From a virus (Duplodnaviria > Caudoviricetes), in the IMG/VR virus record IMGVR_UViG_3300044641_003763, positions 1 to 32,289 of that record: a DNA stretch of 32,289 nucleotides; one strand, written 5' to 3'. This document shows positions 25,632 through 32,289 of the stretch, one piece after another. Each line of letters begins with the position of its first letter. Position 1 is the stretch's first letter. The notes below the pieces were generated by a model. The model had not been told where the DNA came from and did no database searches. It saw only the letters and a list, made by a program, of their open reading frames with translations. The translations under genes were made by a program, and so were the position numbers.

Positions 25632-27059
25632 TTAAACAAAATCAAACCATATTGGCATAATGTATCTTGAGCCATTTGCTGGGCCAACATGGTACCAATA
25701 ATGAGGATTCCCAGGGAATAGAATTAGATCACCAGCCTTTGGCTTAAGGGATAGTCCTTGATTAAAAAATGACAAACCACCACCATCGTAGTCATCATTC
25801 AAATAAACCCATCCTGCTAAATGGTTTGAGTCTTTATGACCCATATCATCTATTGGAATAGTTTGACTATTATTATGAACCCATTGAGCAAAACGAGAAT
25901 TTCTTGGTTTTAGTTTTACATTAAATTCTTTTTCTACGATAGACTGAATACCAGGGATATATCTTTCTGAATACCTGAGTGAATCGTAATATAATAAAGA
26001 CAGTGTAGGATTTCCAGAATCGTCTGGTTGCAAGGGACGATTATTACTTGTCTCTGTATTATTTATAAGTCCTATAATATGGTCACATTCTTCTTTGCTT
26101 AAATAATTATTAAATACTTTTACATTTCTAGGATCACTTCCGATATTATTAAAGTTTTGTACCGTTAGGTCAGAGTAACCTATTACATTTCCTTCAGGCA
26201 CTACAATATCATTAAAGTTTTTTACCATATCTAGCAACTTGCTAATATCTTCTTGATCAGTATGAATCATAAAGTCATAAATGCCAAACTTCTCAGACAG
26301 GTTTCTTATTTGTGCAACAACATCGACTAACTTTCCTTTTATTAAGTGGTTTTGTTGTCTAACTGGTGCATTCTTGTCATACTTAACATGCTTTTCATCG
26401 TCTGGATGGGTAGTAATAAGTGGGTCAATAATGACTATTGGCTTTACCTTATCCAGATCAATCTTTTTAAACTGGTCCTTAAACAATAGGTTGTCATCAA
26501 CATATATATATTCGCAATGTTTGTTTGCTATACCAATTGTTGTATCTGAAGAGCCAACAACTGCCATGTGGGTTTTGTGCTCATGGGCACTCATTAAATT
26601 CATAAATTTGTCCATCCAAACTGCAGAGATGGCAACCCTTTTTGCAAGAGTGTCAATAAGTGAAGGGTCGTGCATATAGTGGTCTATAACTATCTTCTCA
26701 GACTTGTCGTTTCCTTCATCACCCCATCTTCCAGAAACTAGGTTTACGCCAATTCTTCCAGGTGCAAACTTATTTAACGTGTCAACAATCTTAGCAGCAT
26801 AGTCAGGACTTGTTCCATATGCTGGCAGGGCAATTGTCATAATCAGTTGATTTGTTTTTTGTAATGCTTCTTGTATAACTAATGAAAAATCAATACCTCC
26901 TGGGCCATAGGGAAGTAAAACAGATTTAACGTTAGCACCATCTAGTTCTTGTGCCATAGAAAGAATTCCCTTAAGGTCTAGGTTCTCAATGCTATCGTTT
27001 ATCTGCCAGTGTCTTCTCCACATCCAGTGAAATGTTATAGGCTTATTGGTATTATCCAT
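25632..27059 (-). CDS. Luciferase-like flavin monooxygenase (SsuD-like) fused to a degenerate 2OG-Fe(II) domain
   Basis: VLLPYG...D, T..L, SP.YAAK...TL....PGRIGVNLVSG; C-terminal YLNDDYDGG...PKAGDL..FPGN...RY. Confidence 0.8.
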   Translation of the reverse strand: MDNTNKPITFHWMWRRHWQINDSIENLDLKGILSMAQELDGANVKSVLLPYGPGGIDFSLVIQEALQKTNQLIMTIALPAYGTSPDYAAKIVDTLNKFAPGRIGVNLVSGRWGDEGNDKSEKIVIDHYMHDPSLIDTLAKRVAISAVWMDKFMNLMSAHEHKTHMAVVGSSDTTIGIANKHCEYIYVDDNLLFKDQFKKIDLDKVKPIVIIDPLITTHPDDEKHVKYDKNAPVRQQNHLIKGKLVDVVAQIRNLSEKFGIYDFMIHTDQEDISKLLDMVKNFNDIVVPEGNVIGYSDLTVQNFNNIGSDPRNVKVFNNYLSKEECDHIIGLINNTETSNNRPLQPDDSGNPTLSLLYYDSLRYSERYIPGIQSIVEKEFNVKLKPRNSRFAQWVHNNSQTIPIDDMGHKDSNHLAGWVYLNDDYDGGGLSFFNQGLSLKPKAGDLILFPGNPHYWYHVGPANGSRYIMPIWFDFV

Positions 27060-27303
27060 TTTTTATTACTCTTCCCTTTGTTTTAAACCAAGAACCTATC
27101 TTAGCCTTTGCAACTTTGCTTCTTAAAAGTTCTCCAAATGTTTCATGAGATACGTCTGATCCAAGATATTCTTGTCCTGTTTCAAGGTCAATCAACTTCC
27201 ACTTACCTGGTGCTTTTGTATGCAAAATTAAATCAATTGGATAATCGTAATCATTGACCTCAGAACCATCTAGAAGTTTTCTTTTTTTCATGTCATCTGT
27301 CAT
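27052..27303 (-). CDS. Hypothetical protein
   Basis: Coupled ORF; TKAPGKWKLIDLETGQEY.G. Confidence 0.75.
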   Translation of the reverse strand: MTDDMKKRKLLDGSEVNDYDYPIDLILHTKAPGKWKLIDLETGQEYLGSDVSHETFGELLRSKVAKAKIGSWFKTKGRVIKNG

Positions 27304-27304
27304 T

Positions 27305-27919
27305 TTAAACTACCGTAAACCAAATAGGCAGAGTGTATCTATCACCAGATAAAACCTCTTTAACTTCATGAGCGTAGTGCATATTCCCAGGGAATACGAC
27401 TAAGTCACCAGTCTTTGGCTTAATACAAACATCATGTGTTTCAAACTTAATCTCTCCACCCTCATAGTTATCATTTAAATAAATAATAATTGGTAAGTGG
27501 TTTTCTGTTACATATCCAAGGTCATCCACATGTGTGTTTAAGTAAGATCCAGTCTCCCAGTGAACAACGCCCAAGAATTCTTCTTTTTCTGCTATCTCAA
27601 TATCTTCTAAGTTGTATGCTTTTTTTATTTCATCTTTAACTCTGCCTATAAGATTGGACTTATCTGGCAGACCATCATACTTACGCATGTAGGTTAATGG
27701 CTCTCCATTAGGACCTTTTTGAGAAACAAAACGGTGAGAGTGTCTATCTTCTAGACCATCCATAAGATAAGATATTTCTTCTTGTGTTAAAAAATTAGGA
27801 ATAGTTATAATGTTTTCTGCAGAGTTTCCTAATTTATTTAAAAATTTGTGATATGACTCAGTTCTTTCGATTGAGTCAGGATTATTTCCTACTGGCTTGT
27901 TGTTGATGGCATATGACAT
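27305..27919 (-). CDS. 2OG-Fe(II) oxygenase
   Basis: HVD, YLNDNYEGGEI, YAHEV, RY; leaderless promoter. Confidence 0.9.
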   Translation of the reverse strand: MSYAINNKPVGNNPDSIERTESYHKFLNKLGNSAENIITIPNFLTQEEISYLMDGLEDRHSHRFVSQKGPNGEPLTYMRKYDGLPDKSNLIGRVKDEIKKAYNLEDIEIAEKEEFLGVVHWETGSYLNTHVDDLGYVTENHLPIIIYLNDNYEGGEIKFETHDVCIKPKTGDLVVFPGNMHYAHEVKEVLSGDRYTLPIWFTVV

Positions 27920-27934
27920 ATAACTATTATACCA

Positions 27935-28060
27935 TCAATCAGATATGCAGATATTACAGACAAATGGTTCGTCGCTTGTCTGAGGGTATAGTTCGTCGCA
28001 TTGAGTACAGGCTATCCTGTAGGCCATAAATTTGCTATATGATGAATCCAGTTTATTCAC
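27935..28060 (-). CDS. Small zinc-ribbon protein (41 aa)
   Basis: TGaTAAAAT 6 nt before GTG; CTQC...CNIC. Confidence 0.6.
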   Translation of the reverse strand: MNKLDSSYSKFMAYRIACTQCDELYPQTSDEPFVCNICISD

Positions 28061-28137
28061 GGATATATTTTATCATATACTCTTTAAAGTTCGGCGCAAA
28101 ATAGAAGTTCTACACCTCCCTATGCCCTATACGGGCA

Positions 28138-28242
28138 CTATGGTTTACAATCCTTCATATGCTTGTATAGACTTTCGTGAGCAAAACCTTTTCTAAAATC
28201 CCACTCTTTCTTGCAGACAGGACAGACTATAGTTCTACTCAT
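28138..28242 (-). CDS. Small zinc-finger protein (34 aa)
   Basis: CPVC...L.KH...C. Confidence 0.55.
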   Translation of the reverse strand: MSRTIVCPVCKKEWDFRKGFAHESLYKHMKDCKP

Positions 28243-28327
28243 CTATCCCCTTTTCCCAGATTAATCCACATTTAGTACACATAATTCCTGGCTCTCGCAT
28301 ATACCAGGTATGGCTACATTTTTCCAT
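28235..28327 (-). CDS. Small zinc-finger protein (30 aa)
   Basis: C.H.W...CTKCG. Confidence 0.55.
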   Translation of the reverse strand: MEKCSHTWYMREPGIMCTKCGLIWEKGIDE

Positions 28328-28537
28328 TTACTTCCAAACAAATGTTAGGATTGTTTCAGCAAACTCTGGATGATTCTTAGCCAACTTATTAAGTTCGGCA
28401 TTATACTTTCTTTTGCTTCCATAGTTTCTGGCTCGCTCAAGATTTTTAAGTATGCTGGCTGCCTCTGGACCAAGGTTGACTTTTTCTGGTTTTACAAATG
28501 ATCTTTGGGCTAAAGCCCCTGCTCTAGATGACTTCAT
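28328..28537 (-). CDS. Basic hypothetical protein
   Basis: TTGACT...TGaTATGAT 6 nt upstream. Confidence 0.7.
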   Translation of the reverse strand: MKSSRAGALAQRSFVKPEKVNLGPEAASILKNLERARNYGSKRKYNAELNKLAKNHPEFAETILTFVWK

Positions 28538-28585
28538 ATCTAAATCATATCAGAAATTGCGGGGGAAGTCAAGTATAATAGACTA

Positions 28586-28900
28586 ATGACCCTATTATAT
28601 ATACTATACAGTCCTGTGTATAAGGCTGTCAAAATAGGTATATCAGATGTAAGCGGAAGAAGGTTTGCAAGCCATAGGACCAAAGGTTGGATATTGATTA
28701 AGTATTGGTGGTTTTCCGAACGGGATAAAGCAAGATCAGTAGAAACCCTAGTAGTAAGAACACTCACCAATAAGCATGGACACTATCTAACTAAGGCAGA
28801 TATGCCACAAGGGGGTTATACGGAGACATTTGATGCATCTAAGATAACTCGAAGAGGTTTGATCCATATGGTCAATAGGGCTATAAAGGAGTGTTCGTAA
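28586..28900 (+). CDS. GIY-YIG-like nuclease (T5orf172-like)
   Basis: LYIL...VKIGIS...RR...H, E; TATAAT 6 nt upstream. Confidence 0.7.
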   Translation: MTLLYILYSPVYKAVKIGISDVSGRRFASHRTKGWILIKYWWFSERDKARSVETLVVRTLTNKHGHYLTKADMPQGGYTETFDASKITRRGLIHMVNRAIKECS

Positions 28901-28918
28901 TCTTTATTTGCCGTGGTT

Positions 28919-29005
28919 TTATCCACCCATACGGATTTGTTGTAGATAGGCCATATAGTTTAGAAAGATGAATAGGCCAAGCATCATAATGAGAAAAGGT
29001 TTCAT
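28919..29005 (-). CDS. Small TM peptide (28 aa)
   Basis: TGcTATAAT 6 nt upstream; MKPFLIMMLGLFIFLNYMAYLQQIRMGG. Confidence 0.6.
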   Translation of the reverse strand: MKPFLIMMLGLFIFLNYMAYLQQIRMGG

Positions 29006-29021
29006 GGTTTAATTATAGCAG

Positions 29022-29585
29022 TTAGATAGCCTTAGTCAAGAACTTATGGTAAATCTGATATGTCCTTGTAAGGTCTTGTTGTTCGACTATTTTTCTTATT
29101 CTGTCGTACTCTTTGAAATTTTTACTAGATGCTAAATAATTCCTATGTGGCATGTCTGTGACATTGCTCTTGTATCTGGGTTCAATTATCTCAAGTGACA
29201 TTTTTTCTGCTATCTTTGTTATTGTTTCAAGTGGTGAATCTGTCAAAGACTCATACTTTACTATAATATCAAATCTGTCAACGAGGGCTATATCATTTTG
29301 ACCAAACCAGTCACCAAAGCAGTACTTCTCTGGTTCGGCTAGAAACCTCTCAAGACTTCCCTCATAGTATAGAGCGTCCATAGCCACATAAGAGGATATA
29401 AAGTCTACTGGGTCTCTTACTATCGTTATCATTTTGTTATCTTGTAGATGATGATATTTCTTGACATATACCCCTGTGTGCTGCTCAATTCTATCTTGAA
29501 GATAGTGAGAGCCTGTCCTAGGAACTGTTACCAGAGAATACTCTGAAGTTGGATTCTTAACCTTTGTGTTTGGCTTATATTCCAT
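29022..29585 (-). CDS. Sulfotransferase-like protein
   Basis: TVPRTGSHYL, RDPVD.I.S, KYESL; paralog of 24974..25489. Confidence 0.75.
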   Translation of the reverse strand: MEYKPNTKVKNPTSEYSLVTVPRTGSHYLQDRIEQHTGVYVKKYHHLQDNKMITIVRDPVDFISSYVAMDALYYEGSLERFLAEPEKYCFGDWFGQNDIALVDRFDIIVKYESLTDSPLETITKIAEKMSLEIIEPRYKSNVTDMPHRNYLASSKNFKEYDRIRKIVEQQDLTRTYQIYHKFLTKAI

Positions 29586-29622
29586 ATGTCTATAATAGCA
29601 TATCCTGTGCTATACTTTTTAT

Positions 29623-30165
29623 GTGAAAATCTTTGACAATGGGCTAAGTAAAGAGTTATGTTCAGATATATTTGATTGGGCTACATCCTACTATTATGGA
29701 GTCAAGGATTTACATCCCCTTGGATTTCCAAACCCTATCACCACAAAGACCAATGCCTCTTGGGATCCTCAAATTGTCAAAGACAGTTCTCCAGTGATAA
29801 TCTATTTTCCACCTGATGAGATTATTCAAAAAATAAAAGAAGAGTTTATAGAGTTAAATGTTGCTAGTGCAGATGAGGCTTTGCAGATAATGGTTTACTT
29901 ATGGACTCCAGGATCATACATACCATTGCATAGTGATGGCTTTGCTCAAACAGATAGGAAGGTGTTTACATCTTATGTTAACCCTCAATGGTCACTTGAG
30001 GATGGTGGAACCTTTAACTATTTGGATAAGGATGCCAAAGAGTGGAAAGTGTTAGTTCCTTCTCAGGGATTGTTAGTCTATAACGACAATAATGAACAAC
30101 ACTATACAACCCCTGTGAACAAGGGAAGGCTTCGGATCTCCCTTCAAATATTTACAAGAACATAG
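29623..30165 (+). CDS. 2OG-Fe(II) oxygenase (EGLN/PHD-like)
   Basis: IPLHSD, Y.N..W...DGG, HYTTPV...RISLQ. Confidence 0.85.
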   Translation: MKIFDNGLSKELCSDIFDWATSYYYGVKDLHPLGFPNPITTKTNASWDPQIVKDSSPVIIYFPPDEIIQKIKEEFIELNVASADEALQIMVYLWTPGSYIPLHSDGFAQTDRKVFTSYVNPQWSLEDGGTFNYLDKDAKEWKVLVPSQGLLVYNDNNEQHYTTPVNKGRLRISLQIFTRT

Positions 30166-30218
30166 TTATCCACAGGTTCTTAGCCTTTACTTAATGAGTT
30201 ATCCACAAGTTATCCACA
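30166..30218 (+). promoter_or_regulatory. Three perfect DnaA boxes
   Basis: TTATCCACA at 30166, 30199 and 30210. Confidence 0.8.
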
Positions 30219-30255
30219 GATTAATCTTACTGATTATATTATTAGACAGTCTAGA

Positions 30256-30282
30256 AGTGGAGTAAAGTGGAGGATAGTGGAG
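30256..30282 (+). repeat. AGTGGAG x3 at exact 10-bp period
   Basis: Copies at 30256, 30266 and 30276. Confidence 0.85.
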
Positions 30283-30325
30283 TATAGAGCCCTTTTATAG
30301 ATGGCGTCGTAATCTCACTGGGGCC

Positions 30326-31015
30326 AAACCTCACATCTCCAAACCTTCAAACCTCATACCACATATGCTCGATATTGTCAAACCTCATATCCCATTGTAA
30401 GGTTTGGGCATTATACATGCAAAACCTTGGTTTGTCAAGTCCTTGTATGCATGATTTTGCCCATAAAAAATCTCCCAAAACCAGGGAGAAATTTGCCACA
30501 ATCGTAATCTTATTTTGAAAAACCTTTATCAAATATTTAAGAAACCAGGATAAAAGGTTTGTTATTCTATAGGGGTTATTTGTTATGGGGTTTGGTCTTG
30601 ATCCCCTGGGATTTCGCCATCGGCGAAGGTGCCACTAACAGGATTATCAGTCATCGTTTGATTATAAACATTGCCCAATTGCTTGCCAATCTGATTTGCG
30701 TTTAGTCCCTCCAAAAAATCGGGGGTAAATGAAAAGAAAGGAGACAAACCAATTTTATGGGTAATAGATACAAAACCATTCCACATAGAATCGGAGAATG
30801 CTTGATATCCTTTAGGATCATTCTTAGCATATGCAGCAAAGTGTCTTGGGGTCATAGATATATTATACACCTGATATGAAGGTTTGACATATAAAGGTTT
30901 GTATGGTATAAGCCAGGTTTGGGGAAAAGATTTGCTTCATCGTAATATGTCCAGGTTTGGGGAAAAATTTTTGATCGTTCGTAATGATGTTTTGAAAAAC
31001 CTAGATGTCTGGTTT
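30326..31015. repeat. Dispersed AAACC/GGTTT motif array
   Basis: About 20 copies; CCAGGTTTGGGGAAAA twice (near 30913 and 30951). Confidence 0.7.
30583..30855 (-). CDS. Hypothetical protein
   Basis: TATAAT 6 nt before ATG 30855 (MTPRHF). Confidence 0.55.
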   Translation of the reverse strand: MTPRHFAAYAKNDPKGYQAFSDSMWNGFVSITHKIGLSPFFSFTPDFLEGLNANQIGKQLGNVYNQTMTDNPVSGTFADGEIPGDQDQTP

Positions 31016-31031
31016 GTCCGATATGTCTGGT

Positions 31032-31050
31032 GGGCGCCCCCGCAGGGGCC
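31032..31050 (-). terminator. GC-rich hairpin, probable terminator
   Basis: GGGCGCCCCCGCAGGGGCCC-type stem immediately after the stop at 31054; weak U tail. Confidence 0.45.
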
Positions 31051-31053
31051 AGA

Positions 31054-31347
31054 TTACTCTAGCGTGTTTTTCTTTTGGTATGCTAGTTCTAGAACTGTGT
31101 CTAGGTTAATGGTAGGCAATAGGTCTACCTCTTGCTCTGTAACATCAATTAGTTTAAACAACATCTGAATGGTTTCATCAACATAGTCCTCACCTAGTGG
31201 TGTTAGAGCAGGTACCAAACCTTCTGCCACTACATAGGACAATGGCAAACCAATGTCGTTGTATTCCATAAATACGGAGAAGTTGTCATCCTCTCGATAG
31301 TCAATCCATAGTTGACCTAACATGCCTGTCTTATCTGCGTAGTCCAT
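31054..31347 (-). CDS. Acidic hypothetical protein
   Basis: SD AAGGA; member of an operon-like run. Confidence 0.8.
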   Translation of the reverse strand: MDYADKTGMLGQLWIDYREDDNFSVFMEYNDIGLPLSYVVAEGLVPALTPLGEDYVDETIQMLFKLIDVTEQEVDLLPTINLDTVLELAYQKKNTLE

Positions 31348-31567
31348 TTGCGGGTCCTTTCATCTCTAACATAAGTTTATCATACTCTTCCATAGATGTC
31401 AAACTCAAAACCTCTAGTCTGTGGTAGTTAATCAAGGGTAGGTTTCTTACCATGTAGTATCCTACTCTTTCTAAGTCTACCGCAAAATCTTGGGTAAGGA
31501 GTCTGCCTAACTGCTCTGCCATACGGGTTTCTTTATTGTGCGTTGGTTTTCGTACTGAATAAGCCAT
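31331..31567 (-). CDS. Hypothetical protein
   Basis: TGaTACAAT promoter; SD GAGGAG. Confidence 0.8.
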   Translation of the reverse strand: MAYSVRKPTHNKETRMAEQLGRLLTQDFAVDLERVGYYMVRNLPLINYHRLEVLSLTSMEEYDKLMLEMKGPANGLRR

Positions 31568-31661
31568 AGGTATCTCCTCTGTTCTATTGTATCAAAAAGT
31601 AGGGGGAAGGGCAAGCCCCACGCCAGCCCCTCCCACCTTATTAATCTAGGGGACCCACTCC

Positions 31662-32030
31662 CTAGATCTGCTCAACTAAAACTTTAGGAATGTAGGCATT
31701 GATAAACATTTGCCAGTCAACCTGTAGTTCCTTGCCTGCCTCATAGATAGTTTCCTTGGCAACATCGATAACTACCGTCGTCTCACCTAGTTCAAAGTTG
31801 GTGCCCTTGATAGCATAAATTCCAAACCCTGTCTCTTCAAGCACGGAGTCTTGGATAAGATAACTAATCATCATACGGTTGAAGTAGGCATAGTCTTTCC
31901 ACCTAGGCTTTGAATGCTGCAGGGCCATTGCTAGGTCCCGTTGCCATTCTGTCTCACCCCAGTGGCTATATAGAACTACGTGTGCTTCATCCTCGACGTC
32001 TTTAAATACAAAGTTAATACGTGCTCCCAT
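31662..32030 (-). CDS. Hypothetical phage protein
   Basis: SD AAGGAAG; MGAR.NF...LYSHWG. Confidence 0.8.
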   Translation of the reverse strand: MGARINFVFKDVEDEAHVVLYSHWGETEWQRDLAMALQHSKPRWKDYAYFNRMMISYLIQDSVLEETGFGIYAIKGTNFELGETTVVIDVAKETIYEAGKELQVDWQMFINAYIPKVLVEQI

Positions 32031-32176
32031 TAGTTTTCTTCCTTCCAGGATACAATTGATAGTTGGCTTAATATTTCATTGCAGAGGTCCTCTTCATTAT
32101 CTGATTCAGCCTCGTATCTAAATGTCATGTAATCACCAGTGGGTTCAAAGATGATTTCTACTTTGTATTCGTTCAT
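32030..32176 (-). CDS. Small acidic hypothetical protein
   Basis: SD GGAG before MNEYKVEI; TAATG coupling to the next gene. Confidence 0.7.
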   Translation of the reverse strand: MNEYKVEIIFEPTGDYMTFRYEAESDNEEDLCNEILSQLSIVSWKEEN

Positions 32177-32289
32177 TTGTTTGCTCCGATTCCTTTTGAT
32201 GCTAGGTAGGTTTTCCAATTTTTACTAGTGATGTCAAACTCATCAGGAGTACGACACTCAGGACAAATGCCAAGTGCTATGTAGCCAGC

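Noticed and set aside
30347-31168. ORFs 30347..30532 (-) and 30884..31168 (+)
   Set aside because: Lie in the repeat-rich origin-like region or antisense to a real gene, with no start signals
1-32289. Integron cassette array, IS elements or stop-codon recoding
   Set aside because: No attC-like repeats, integrase or transposase; genes are intact in the standard code and end in all three stop codons

Overview
AT-rich, gene-dense bacteriophage DNA, most likely from a large actinobacteriophage (WhiB, DUF7455-like zinc fingers, pervasive leaderless promoters). A low-GC freshwater Actinobacteria host is my inference. Genes run mostly on + up to about 19.3 kb and mostly on - after that. The window has no recognisable capsid, terminase or polymerase gene. 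It carries a 5'-truncated PA14/Pro-rich protein, holin-like proteins, a CHAP endolysin, Ntn and S8 proteases, SNase, HNH and GIY-YIG nucleases, Hsp20 and four tRNAs. It also carries an unusually dense tailoring toolkit: 8 2OG-Fe(II) oxygenase domains, 2 JmjC cupins, a carbamoyltransferase, a methyltransferase, an APS-kinase/nucleotidyltransferase fusion, 2 sulfotransferase-like proteins, 3 SGNH-like paralogs and a flavin monooxygenase fusion. Non-coding highlights are about 22 leaderless promoter-gene units, two candidate structured ncRNAs, a two-copy covarying pseudoknot, a ROSE-like thermometer on hsp20, an RBS-occluding hairpin with an internal promoter, and an origin-like region with three perfect DnaA boxes. 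All family calls come from reading motifs by eye; no database searches were run.
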